A stretch of DNA of 64,000 bases, taken from Octopus sinensis (lineage: Eukaryota). The notes below the pieces were generated by a model, which was not told the origin of the DNA, did not search any database, and was given only the letters and a program-made list of their open reading frames with translations. Where the stretch lies: NCBI RefSeq assembly GCF_006345805.1, contig NC_043012.1, positions 26,226,001 to 26,290,000 of the forward strand, read 5' to 3'. The translations under genes and the position numbers were made by a program. Positions 1 through 12,444 of the stretch are shown piece by piece. Position 1 is the first letter of the stretch. The number at the start of each line of letters is the position of its first letter.

Positions 1-84
1 CGGTCGTTGAGCCTATCATAGAAATATTTATATTTTTCATTTATTTGTATTTCGAATTTTTTTTTTTTTTTTCAAATAGAAGTA

Positions 85-503
85 GGATGCGTGGTGACAG
101 AATCGTTAGCGAGTTTGAGAAAATATTCAGGGGCATTCCTTCCGCATCTTAATGGTCAGAGTTCAAATTCTGCCAAGTTCTGTGTTGCCTTTTATACTTC
201 GAGCTCTATGAAATATTACCAGTTGAGCACTGAGTTTCGTGTAATCCAGTTTTCCTCTCACCCAATACTTCATGTTCTGTGCTTATTGTGGAAAGAACTA
301 TTATTATCATTATAAGTAAGGCGGCGAGCTGGCTGAATCGTTAGCACGCTGGACGAAATGCTTAGTGATATTTCACCCTCCGCTACGTTCTGAGTTCAAA
401 TTTCGGTAAGGTCGACTTTTCCTTACATCCATTTGAGGTCAATAAAATGAGTACCAGTGAAACGCTGGTGTCGATGTAATCAGCTATTCACCCCTCCCAC
501 AAA

Positions 504-580
<77 letters not shown>

Positions 581-822
581 AGGCAATGAGCTGGCAGAAT
601 CGTTAGCATACCTGGCTAAATGCTTTGTAACATGTCGTCCACCGCTTTGTTCGGAGTTCAAATGCCGTCGAGGTCGACTTTGCCTTTCATTTTTCGGGGT
701 CAATAAAATAAGCACCAGTTAAGTTCTGGGGTTGATGTAACGTACTTCTCTCCTTCCTCGAACCTGCAGACTTTGTGCAAAAATTTGAAATCGTCATTGT
801 TATTATTATTATTATTATTATT

Positions 823-855
<33 letters not shown>

Positions 856-902
856 ATTATTATTGTTGTTGTTGTTGTTATTATTATTATTATTATTATT
901 AT

Positions 903-938
<36 letters not shown>

Positions 939-981
939 GTTATTATTATTATTATCATTATTATTATTATTATTATTATTA

Positions 982-1042
<61 letters not shown>

Positions 1043-1300
1043 GGTAACAAAGGCAGCGAGCTGGCAGATTTGTTAACACGCTAGACGAAATGCTTAACGG
1101 TATTTCGTCTGCCGCTACGTTCCGAGGTCGACTTTGCCTGTCATCCTTTCGGGGTCGATAAATTAAGTACCAGTTACGCACTGGGATCGATGTAATCGAC
1201 TTAATCCGTTTGACTGTACTTGTTTGTCCTCTCTATGTTTAACCCCTTGTGGGTAATAAAGAAATAGGTATTTCGTCCTCCGCTACCTTCTGGGTTCAAA
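85..1300 (+). mobile_element. Four head-to-tail copies of tRNA-derived SINE family A (~85-265, 319-500, 581-770, 1050-1300) separated by (TTA)n/(TAG)n tracts
   Basis: Recurrent head GGCGGCGAGCTGGCAGAATCGTTAGCAC, B-box-like GTTCAAATTC and core GAGGTCGACTTTGCCTTTCATCCTTTCGGGGTCGATAAA, seen in many copies across the window. Confidence 0.85.
800..1041. repeat. (TTA/TTG)n trinucleotide microsatellite
   Basis: Direct; explains the poly-L/Y/I/N ORFs at 687-1181. Confidence 0.95.
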
Positions 1301-2699
1301 TCTCGCTTCTTTTTGACATATGTTTTGATTATGTCTGCAATGTTGTCCCATCATAAATGATACCGAAAGATTAAGTTTGGACCCTTACAGTTAATGTTAA
1401 ATATTTTGATTGTATTCTTCATTTCCTTCCATAGTTACTTTCGTGTAAATCGTTATAACCGACTACGATTCGTGAGAAACGTAGTAACGGTGCAGATGGT
1501 TATAATTTACAAACCGTCTACCGTGCAGTTCATGAATCGGTTGATCATCGAAAAGAAATTATTTACAGCGTTTACATTGTCTCAGTGAATACTCACTCAT
1601 TGGTTAAATTATCATCTGCCTGAAAATTATCTTATATATTTCTGGGGGTCGAGAAAATAGCGACGAAGTCTCATCACGTGAATTGATATCGATGTCTGAA
1701 CTTAGAAGAAAATATATGGTCTTTGTCCTTGAATGCAAACCAAAATTATTACAGAAACGAAATTAGAATATTGGTAAGATCCAGACGAGATAAACTTTCA
1801 AAATTGGTTGAAACGTTGACGTGATTAATGTTCTTAGGTGCAGTCAGTTGTCAGACATTATTTAATGTAGAACCAGAATAAATTAGAGCATTTTGTGTTG
1901 TTGTCTTCTCTTTTCTGAGTTAAAACTCTCGTCAAACTATCGTCTGTTCTATTTTGTTTTTTGTCAGAACAGGTCAAAAGAATTTATAACAGATACGTTC
2001 TAAGTTTTCTTCTCTATCAAATACACTTCCACCTTTATTCCCCTCTGCCTCTAAACTTCTATGTATGTTCATCTTTGTACGCGTGTCTGTGTATGCGTAT
2101 CTATGTGTATTTGCATCAAAGGCTTTTGTTCTTTCTTCAAGACCGTCTGTGTATTTGCACTTGAAAGAATCCTATTTAAGGCGCATACATGGGTCGGGTT
2201 TTCGTAAAAGACTAGCCGTCCATCGTTTATTTAAAAATGTGACAACAACAAATAACGTCGTCTGTGACATCGCAGCCTTTGACGATCTGCATACATATAA
2301 ACGGACACATATGAAAATATAAAAGTATATATATATATAGGCATATATGTACATATATATATACATATATATATACACACATATATATGTGGGGGTAGGT
2401 GCGTGTCTGTGTCTGTTTGTGTCTGTGTTTGTGTATGTGGCTATGTTTATGTGTGTGTGAGCGTGTTTGTGGTGTGTGTGTGTCTGTGTGTCTGTGTGAG
2501 TATGTATAAATATCTACTTTTATGTCCAGTTACAACGTAAAGCAATTTTATATTTCATATGATGGTTCATTCTATAATTTCGTAGAGTACAAATTTATTA
2601 TTCTTAAACAAGAATGTCAGTGACAGTGACTTCAGATTTATGGCCAGTTAAGCCGTCGCTGATCTGGGTTTCGGCGATCGCTTAACTGGCCGGAACTGC

Positions 2700-3640
2700 G
2701 AAGTCACTAGCCACCCTTGCTAGCTACGCAGACGATACGGACTTGTCGCAGAATATAAAGGGCTGAGGACAATATGAATTTTAATACTGGAAAATCCCAA
2801 GCCCAGGGCCACCAGCACTCAAAGCTGAACGCAAAACTTACAGGGTACACCAGCCCAGAACCTAAATTAGTGCGTGACCCGGGTATCGACATGAGTGATG
2901 ATACTTCTTTCCAAGTGTTTATTACCAAGATGGCGACAAAGTGCAGACGGCTGGATTGATGAATCCTGAGAACATTCAGATCCAGAGAGAAGGAAACCAT
3001 AATAGTCCTCTGGTGGACATTTGTCCTCAACCGCCTGGACTACTGATCCCAACTATGGTCGCCCCACAGTGTAAAAATAACAGCCGGACCTTGAATCAAT
3101 CCAGCGAAGTTTCAGAAAGAAGATCGTCCCATTACAACAGCTCATCTGGGAAAGGCTGAAACAGCTAAGACTCTACACCCTGGGGCAAAGGCGGGAGAGA
3201 TATGCAGTAATACGCATCTAGAAGATCCTGAATGGTATTGTGCCAAATCTTAGCATTGAAAGCTACGCAAATCACAGTAGGGTTCGCCACTGCTCAGTGC
3301 CAAAGATGCCAACAATGCCACCGCGTTTCAGGACCAGTTACTGCAACAGCCTGGGTTTTAATGGCCCAGAGGTTTTAAATATTCTCCCAAAGGGCCTGAG
3401 AGACCTAAACAGAGTGGATGCAAGTGTTTTCAAACAAAGTGGATCTCTTCCTGTCGAGAGTCCCAGATGCACCTACCTTGTGACAGGAGGTGCTGATGAG
3501 GACAGAGACATGAAGCTCCCTTATTGACCAAATGCCATATATATAAGAAGTCCCCCAATAATAACAGTGTAGCAAAATAGTGGTGCCCCAGCATGGTTGC
3601 AGCTTCGGGCTGAAGCCGATAAAAGAATAAAAGAATAAAA
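2700..3640 (+). mobile_element. 5'-truncated, decayed CR1-like LINE (RT C-terminal half plus 3' end)
   Basis: SYADDT at 2722-2739; peptides such as SLGFNGPEVLNILPKGLRDL are homologous to the LINE at 9.5-12.3 kb; 3' end GGTGCCCCAGCATGG followed by (AAAAGAAT)n tail; frameshifts and stops. Confidence 0.85.
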
Positions 3641-3670
3641 GTATATATATATATATATATATATATATAG

Positions 3671-4310
3671 CTCGTAGGATGAACTCCTGGATGCTAAGGA
3701 ACTTCTGGAACAGAGAGCAAAATGTCATCATTCTTCTTTTCTCCTCATTTGTACAGCAATACAAAACAAAACATTTCGTAAATTGAAGCACTCCCAGGGG
3801 TCATTCATTACAAGAGTTAAGGGCATGACTGATCTCGATTATTGGGACAGCCTTGATGCATTAAAACACTTTTCTGTCCAGGGTCGCTCTGAGTGATACA
3901 TCATTTGCACGATGTGAAGAATATACCACCAGCATTGCACAAACGACCTCAACATTAGCTTCAAAATTCATCAAGGTAGGACCATGGGCCATAACTCCCC
4001 TACCCAATACAGGTTCACAGCACATAAATACACTGAAAATAATTTTCTTTTCTTCAACAGGCCCTGCCCTATATAACATTGTTCCGAAAGAGGTCAAAGA
4101 GGAAAAGGATACCATCACATTTAAACGGAATCTGGACAAATTTCTTCAAGGAATACCAGGTAAACTACCTATACCTGGATATAATTCACTCAGCAAGAAC
4201 TCCCTAGTTGAATGGACCATGATACCACAAAACGATTTAACTAATCCAAATAGAAGGCGCTATTAAGTTTGACATAGCCTGGACCAATCTTTGGTCGGAA
4301 CATATCTAAA
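3671..4310 (+). mobile_element. 3' fragment of a second CR1-like LINE family
   Basis: Plus-strand peptides resemble VKGMTDLDYWD.L..L and GPALYNIVPKEVKEEKDTITFKRNLDKFLQGIP, typical of the CR1-group ORF2 C-terminus; disrupted. Confidence 0.7.
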
Positions 4311-4311
4311 T

Positions 4312-4342
<31 letters not shown>

Positions 4343-4407
4343 TATGTATATATATCATGTAATATCTATATATACATATATATATGTACATATATATATT
4401 ATATATA

Positions 4408-4438
<31 letters not shown>

Positions 4439-4554
4439 CAAACAACTCATATATATATATATGTGCGTGAAAATAAATATATATGCGTGTATATATATAT
4501 ATATATATTATAAATGAAAGAGAGAGAGGGGGGAATAGCTAGCCTAGCTAGATT

Positions 4555-4555
<1 letters not shown>

Positions 4556-4617
<62 letters not shown>

Positions 4618-4650
4618 TAGATAGAGATAGAGAGATAGATAGATAGATAC
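4556..4650. repeat. (GATA)n microsatellite
   Basis: Direct. Confidence 0.95.
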
Positions 4651-5331
4651 ACATGAATATGAAGGCTGACAATGGTAGATGTGTGTTTGATGTAATTGTC
4701 CATATGAACGGTTTTTACTTTGCATGAATGCTCTGATTTGTTATTCATTAAAACCTATAATGTTTAATAATTTTTTAAAGTCATTCTACTTTCTGGAGAT
4801 TGGGTCACATATAAAAGTAAATATATATTTACGTACGTATTTATGTCTGTGTTTGTGAGTATGTCTCTGTGTGCACGCGCGCGTACCTGCCTCCGTGTGT
4901 GTGTATGTGTGTTAATATAGGTACTTATATCTATGCACAAAAATACACACACATTAGTCGAAAGACACTTCTTGGTATTCTGTTGTTTGTATTTGTAATG
5001 TTTTCTCGTATTTTCTCCTGTATTGTCGCATACATTCGCTTGATTTCTTACAAAATTTTAATGTTCTTAGCTTAGATTTTTGGGGTCATTCAATTTTGAA
5101 CAGTCTCAAGTGTAACAGGCTGAAATTATAATGGTAATTTGGAAAAATCAACTGATGAATAGAAGGCCACAAATGATCCGTTCTTGTTTTTCCTCTCCGT
5201 CTTTGTATCACCTATCAGTTTTATTATCGTCTGTTACGCTCTTATTCCATTTGGGGAGTTATATATACATATATATATACATATATACACATAGCGCGGC
5301 GTACGTACACTTTGGCTCACCTTGAATTAAG

Positions 5332-5367
<36 letters not shown>

Positions 5368-5377
5368 ATATTATATA

Positions 5378-5434
<57 letters not shown>

Positions 5435-5467
5435 GATATAATAATAAAAATAATATAATATAATATA

Positions 5468-5505
<38 letters not shown>

Positions 5506-5533
5506 TAATAATAATAATAATAATAATAATAAA

Positions 5534-6225
5534 ATGAAAACAAATATTACAAGTAACTGCAGAATATGTGGAGATGAACAAGAAACAATAAATCATATTA
5601 TCTCTAGCGGCCCAGTCCTGGCTAAGAAGGAATATATTCACAGACATGACAGAGTTGGAACCTACATGCATTGGAAGCTATGCCAACATTATGGAATAAC
5701 AACAGAAAAAAGATGGTATAGGCACACACCAGAAAAGGACACAGAAAACGAGAAAGCAACCATACTCTGGGATATGCCGATACACACAGATAGAGAAATT
5801 AAGGCCAACAGACCAGATATAGTTGTCAGAGATCATGACGAAAAAAAATGCTTCTAATTGATGTATCAATACCACGGCTGATGACAACGTGTCTCTAAAA
5901 GAAATGGAGAAACTCTCAAAATACAAAGACCTGAAATAGAGGTAACTAGAATGTGGAATCTGAAAACAGAAACAATTCCTATCATAGTAGGTGCATTAGG
6001 CATGATAAAAAAATATTCAGACAATACATAACAAAAACACCAGGACTTACAAACACATATAACATACAGAAAATTGCACTACTGGGCACTGCACACATCC
6101 TACGCAGAACACTTTCCATACAATAACCATCAGAGCATCACAACAAATCACAGCACATACCCAAGGCACACAGAGCTGTGCTCGGTAGTGAAGTGAAAGC
6201 ACGCTATAAAAATAAAGCTACTGAA
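5534..6225 (+). mobile_element. 5'-truncated R4/Dong-like non-LTR retrotransposon (CCHC knuckle plus restriction-like endonuclease) within (TAA)n
   Basis: CRICGDEQETINHIISS, then RPDIVV...CF/LIDVSIP (1-nt frameshift near 5855), KEMEKLSKYKDL; (TAA)n on both flanks (5387-5530 and from 6224). Confidence 0.88.
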
Positions 6226-6776
6226 TAATAATAATAATAATAAAAATGATAATAACAATAATAATAATAATATCAAGGGGTAATCAGAAATATTAGTAAT
6301 TTCCATTACCAGTGGCCTAGCGTGTAAAAATTCAGTCAATAGACTATTTATTATTCATATAAATATAGTATACAGTTAAACACGTAAGAGACATCCATCA
6401 TAGGACTCCTTGCATGCTAGAGAGAACAGTTAAATTCCAAACCACTATTATGGATAAAATGTTGAAGGGAATGAAAAATAAAAAACAATTACCATCTAAC
6501 TCCTGGACCAATGGCTTCAGACTTTTTTTAGCAAATATATAATTTGCTAGGCGAAGTCTTCTTCAGCAGGTACACCTTAAATTAAATATATATAAATACA
6601 CGAGGCATTTCAGTATATACCCCGTGCGTATACGTTCTAATTTTTCAAATCTACTGCGCAAGCGCAGCTCCTTGTCCGCAGTGAAATAAAATGCCGGCTT
6701 TTCAATTCGAAAATTATCCAGAAAATAATTATCAATAATTAATAATATCAAAATATATATATATAATATAATAAGA

Positions 6777-6834
<58 letters not shown>

Positions 6835-7199
6835 ACATATATATATATAAAACTCAACTTGTGTATCTGTGTGTGTGTCAGTGTGTTTAACTTCCCGGCA
6901 CATCTCCTCCTAGCCAACACATCGTAGAACCACCAAAAATGTGTCACTTAAAGTTTAGGCGAATGAAAATTGAACTGCGCCATTTCTGTTCCGAAATTCA
7001 TCTCGCAAGTGCAAAAATCGATAATGTGTTTGTTTAGGCCTTATCCCATGCATTGAATAGTGAACTTTACTCAGTCAGCTGTTTGACGTGAACTGTGTTC
7101 ACCATGCGTGCGCACGAGGTGTATGAATCAAACAGCTCTTCTTCATAAACATGTTTTCAGTCATTTTCTGAGGAACAAAGCTGCAGTTTCTATTAACCA

Positions 7200-7325
7200 A
7201 ATTCAGTCGCAAGTCTGCGGTTGGCCTAGGGCTATAGTATAAAACACCAAGGTTACATGGAGATGAACTGAACGTGGAACCATGTGGTTGGGAAGCAAAC
7301 TTCTTAACCACACGGTCCACAGTCA
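7200..7325 (-). mobile_element. 5' fragment of SINE family B
   Basis: Reverse complement reads GTGTGGTTAAGAAGTTTGCTTCCCAACCACATGGTTCCACGTTCAGTT, matching the family B head. Confidence 0.65.
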
Positions 7326-7352
7326 TTGTTGCACCTAGTATATATATATATG

Positions 7353-7388
<36 letters not shown>

Positions 7389-8386
7389 TGTATGTATGTA
7401 TGTGTGTGGGTATGTATGTGTGTGTATCTGTGTGTGTGCGCGTGGGTGGGGGCTTTTGTGCGTGTGTTTACATTTGTTGTTAAATCGAGTATTGTGTCCA
7501 AATATGTCTCAATGTTCAAAGTTCATCAAGCAAAGATCTATAAAATAAATGTCAAATTGAAATACGAATTGAGGTCAGTATGATCAACTAAATACATAAA
7601 GGGGACACCCTATCATGGCAGTAGTCGAAAGTCTAAGCCCAATAAAATAATGTCTAAAGACTTAATGGCTTCAAATTTAAGGTAATGGATTACTAACCAC
7701 AGGATAATGAGTTCAAGACTTCGTATTGAACTTCCACTCTATACGGTAAAAGTATATGTACATCCCAGTCTACTTGACTTCCAACAATTAACAATTGTAA
7801 TCTGAAGTTGAATGATTGGCAGTAAGAAACATGTCCAGATTTCTTTAAAAATTTTTGTGAAAAATATTCTTAAAAATTGTTTTTTCCCACCACAAGAAAA
7901 CACACACACACACACACTACAAGTAGCAGCTAAACCTCTCTTAAAACACATAATTTCATCAAAAGAAAGACACAGATTTACAATATTTCAGAAAGCAAAA
8001 AAAAACTATGCAATGGGTCTGCTACATGAGAAGCAACTCTGGGCTAAACAAAACACAGACAAACATACTTCACATTAAAGGATCATCTACTAAATAATAC
8101 TAATGTATTTGAAGGTATATCTTTGGAGTTTCATTCTCAAGTAAAACAATATGTACTTTAAACATTTTCTCATTATGTACTATCTGAGACTGTGCACTTA
8201 AAGATCTCAAAATTGTGCGACGCGACCTCGTTTTCGAAGTTATTTTGTAGTAAAAAGTCGTTGTGCAAAAACACACGTTATTTTGTTACCGAAAGATTAC
8301 TGAATTTTTTGATACTCCATACGTCAAAATCGGCAATTTAGTTTTCGAATCCATAAGGAACATACGTGCACACATGCACACAAACA

Positions 8387-8422
<36 letters not shown>

Positions 8423-8432
8423 ACACACACAC

Positions 8433-8489
<57 letters not shown>

Positions 8490-9004
8490 CACAGGATGTC
8501 CCAAAAGTCACTATAGACTTTCTTTTTTCTATTTCGTATCAGGTATCGATCAGAGAGACGTGAAGCCATTAGCATTTGACACCTTAGATATTGCAGGTTT
8601 TGTAAATGTATCATTCCCTTGCCTATATATATATATTATAAATATATATATATATATATAATCGGTGATTGAAACGGAAGATGGTTTTGACATTAGTCTT
8701 TATTCAACGCGACGATCGTCTTCACTCATCCTGCAACTCTCCTTTATAACTTGCATGATAGTGTGGTGCATCACTTTCACAGTCTGGGTAACGTCTGATA
8801 CAAGGATACATAAAGTAATGCCGCACTCAAACATTGAGTTCATGTAGTCATGTTGGTATTTGCCCGCTTTGTTAGGGAATGGTTCCCCAATCACAAACAA
8901 ACCCCCAATAAGTAGCACAAACCGTATTAGTGCCTTACTGAATACACTAATTGACAAATACCAATGAATCCGAATATATATATATATAGATGTAGGAGTG
9001 TCTT

Positions 9005-9390
9005 TATGGTAAGTAGCTCGCTTACCAGCCATATGGTTCCGGGTTCATTCCCACTGCATGGCACCTTCTACTATAGTCTCGGGCTGACCAAATCAGCTGA
9101 GAAGATTTGGTAGACGGAAACTGAAATATGCCCGTCGCATATATGTATAAGTATATATATATATATGTATGTGTGTGTATGTTTGTATTTCTGTTTGTCC
9201 CCCAAAATCGCTTGACAACAGATGGTGGTGTGTTTACGTCCCTGTAACCTAGCGGTTCGGCAAAAGAAACAGATGGAACAAGTACTACGCTTACAAAGAA
9301 TAAGTCCTGCGGACGATTTGCTCGACTAAATGCGGTGCTCCAGCATGGCCGCATTCCAATGACTGAAACAAGTAAAAGAATAAAAGAATA
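9005..9390 (+). mobile_element. SINE family B (tRNA head, internal TA/TG microsatellite, CR1-type tail)
   Basis: GGTAAGTAGCTCGCTTACCAGCCATATGGTTCCGGGTTCA head; tail GCGGTGCTCCAGCATGGCCGCA...GACTGAAACAAGTAAAAGAATAAAAGAAT. Confidence 0.85.
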
Positions 9391-9408
9391 TGTTAAAATA
9401 TGTAATAT

Positions 9409-9455
<47 letters not shown>

Positions 9456-9511
9456 TATATATATATATGCATATATATATGTACTTACATATGTATGTGT
9501 CTGTATGTTAA

Positions 9512-12341
9512 TGATTGATTGATTGATTGATTGATTCTAGTTTCAGCTTATGAGCTGTGGCCATGCTGGGGCACCGCCATTTGGTGTTGCTACTTGGTTT
9601 CACTTCATGGAGGCTTTCTAGCAACTGCTATTTGGTGCATGAGAGAGTTCGATGCAGCTGCCCTCATCTGCCCCTCCTGCCGTGAAGTTGGTTCATCTGG
9701 GACACCTGACAGGAAGAATCCAGCTTCATTTTAAAGACATCTGTATCCACCCCATGCAGGTCTCTCAGGTTCTTCGGGAGGATATTGAAGAGCTGTGGGC
9801 CTCGGAAGCCCAGGCTATCACAGAATCTTGTCCTACATCTTGATGGCAGGTTTGGAGTCCTAGGCACCACGCAGTGACGCCCAGTGCTGGCATTTGCGTA
9901 ACTCTCGATGCCAAAGTTCAGGACACTTCCCTCCAGGATCTTCCAGATGTATATTATGGCATATCTTTCCCGCCTACGCTCCAGGGAATATAATTTTAAT
10001 CTCTTGAGTCTTTCCCAGTAGCTTACATTCTGCATAGAGGCTATCTTCTTTGTGTAGCTTCGTTGGATCGCCTCAAGTTCTGTGATCAACTTGACACTGG
10101 ATGGTGACCATAGCTGAGAGCAATAGTCAAAGTGGCTTAGGACAAGTGTCTTCCAGAGGACCATCATGGTTTCTTGTTCTCTTGTTCTAAAGGTTCTAAG
10201 AATCCGCCAGCCAGCCGTCTACATTTCATTGTCAGTTTAGCAACATGTACATGAAAGGTCGCGTCATCACTCATGTGAATACCCAGGTCACGCACTGATT
10301 GTGCTCTGGGATTGCAATCCCTCCGGGTCCAGTGTATTCATTGGGTATTGCATTCAGTTTTGCATGCTGATAGTATAAAGCTTGAAACTTTCCAGCATTG
10401 AACTGCATGCTATTCTTTTCAGCCCACTTGTATATTTTGTCCAGCTCACATTGCAGGTTTTAGTGTCCTCAGGGTTCTGTATTGCCTGTGAAACTTTTGT
10501 ATCATCTGCATAACTTGTGATCGTGGCTCTCTGCGTGGCTCAGGGCATGTCTGAGAGGGCCATTATGAACAGTAGTGGTCCCAGAACAGTGCCCTGCGGA
10601 ACACCGCTCACTATTTGTGTGTTAATGGAGGTGGGCCCATTGGCTACTACCATCTGACTTCTATCCTTCAGAAGTCATGAAGCCATTCTCCCAGTTTTCC
10701 AACTATGTTGAGATCACGCAGTTTGTGACATATCATTCCATGATCGACTTTATCAAAGGCCTTTGCAAAGTCGAGATATATCACTTCCACATTTGAGTGG
10801 TTGAGCAGCCGTTTCAGCACCCACCCCAGTCATAGTGTTGTAGGAGCTGAGTTAAACAGCTTCTCCCTGGTTGGAAACCATGTTGGGTGTCGGGCAGCAA
10901 GTCATTCTCTTCAAGGAAGGTGATCAGCTTCCTTCTGACTATTCGTTCCATGACCTTGCTGATGTGTGAGGTCAGAGATAGGTCTATAGTTCTTGGCTTC
11001 CGCTCTGCTACCTCCTTTATGAATGGGGCATATTTTACCTTCCTTCAGTTTTCCTGGAAGTTTGCCAGCTGCAAGGAAGCTCTGAAAGAGGAACTGCAGT
11101 GGTCTTGCTAGGACTCTCTTACATGCTTTTAGGAGGATTGCCGGAATCCTCGGGGCCAGTATCTGAGTCTGTTTTCATTTCATCTATAGCCTTGGTTACA
11201 TCGTCTTCCTTTATATCGATGTAATCTATCGTCGCCGCCTCTGATTTTATATCTGCAGTGGTAAAAAGTCAGTTGGATTGGTGATTTGGAGATGCCCAAG
11301 GGGTGGAGTGAAAACACTCCTGAATTGCTCATTCAGTATTTCACTTACCCTCATTGGTTTTCCTGTAAGTGTGCCATCCTTTTCGAGGAGTGGCCCTATT
11401 CTACAGTGCACTGTAGCTGTTTCTTTGGCATACCTGTAGAAGCTCTGGGGTTAGATTTTATGTTTTCTATAGCCCAGGCTTCTTTGTCTGCTCTTTCTTT
11501 TTCATGGAGAGTTGCAGACATTTTTCGATTTCCAACAGTTTTATTTTTAGGCGGGACTTTTCACTGCTTTCAATCTGTTTGTTTAGGCGATTTGAAAATT
11601 TCGTACGCCGTCTCATTAAAATTTTCTCTCTCTGGGGATTTTGTTCTTGTGTACAGTGGCCTTTCTCTCTGGGACACATTTGTAGCATATGGCTTGCATT
11701 ACAGACATGAATTGTTGAAGTTTCACGTCGATGTCTGGCGAGGAGAGACATTTAGGCCAGTTTTGTTTGAGGATCTCTTTCTCAATTTGTTTCCAGTTTG
11801 CCTTATGGTAGTTCAAGCTGGAAAGATTTTGAGGGTTTCTTGTAGGCTGCATGTCCGTGCTCTCTTTTGCGCGTACATGGTCAGCTCTATCATGTTGTGA
11901 TCCGAGAGTAGTGTCGGTGTCACTTTCACATTATGGATGAGATCCATGTCATTTGTGAAGCAGAATCCAGTGTGTTACCTGCCCTGGTTGGTTGGAGTAT
12001 TACCTGCTCCATGTACAGGGTGTTGATGAGGTTCAGGAGGGACCTCGCCTGTCCTCGTTCACATCTTGTCATTCCTGGGAGAGAAAGGCCTCGGGCCATC
12101 TGACATTGGGCAGATTGAAGTCTCCCATAAGGAAGCACACCTATGTGTTGTTCTAATGTGGTTAGAATTTCTTCTATTTTTATAAGGCAGTCTTCAAACT
12201 TGCCCACATGGCTTGGGGCATCTGGAGGGCGATATGTAGCACACACAACTACATCAAGTTGCCTAATATGTACAATTAGTGTGTCACACACCGAGTTTGA
12301 GTAAGACAAGAGGACCTGGGGTGTGAGGTCCTCACGGAAGG
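9512..12341 (-). mobile_element. 5'-truncated CR1-like LINE (APE endonuclease remnant, RT, 3' end with (AATC)n tail); inactive
   Basis: EN peptide LIVHIRQLDVVVCATYRPPD (11926-12341); GVPQGTVLGPLLF (from ~10605) and SYADD (~10501-10515); C-terminal FDYCSQLWSP...YSLERRRERY; (GATT)n at 9512-9536 on the plus strand; several stops and frameshifts. Confidence 0.93.
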
Positions 12342-12444
12342 AAATGGAACGCTTCACGAATTTGCGTGTCATCCTTGCGCAGGGGCCATGCTAATCTTCT
12401 CTGTATCGTTCCAACTTTAGAATATGTACCGCCGTAGCTAGTAC
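12342..12444 (-). ncRNA. U6: Full-length U6 snRNA copy, probably a retroposed pseudogene fused to the LINE
   Basis: Minus strand reads GTACTAGCTACGGCGGTACATATTCTAAAGTTGGAACGATACAGAGAAGATTAGCATGGCCCCTGCGCAAGGATGACACGCAAATTCGTGAAGCGTTCCATTT; ACAGAGA box and AGC triad intact; upstream is an AT microsatellite with no recognisable promoter. Confidence 0.96.

Noticed and set aside
1969-2060. Possible plus-strand exon after a strong acceptor
   Set aside because: The peptide is unrecognisable and no compatible partner exon was found.
12342-12444. Functional U6 gene
   Set aside because: No upstream promoter recognised, a shortened T-run fused to a LINE, and substitutions in the 5' region.
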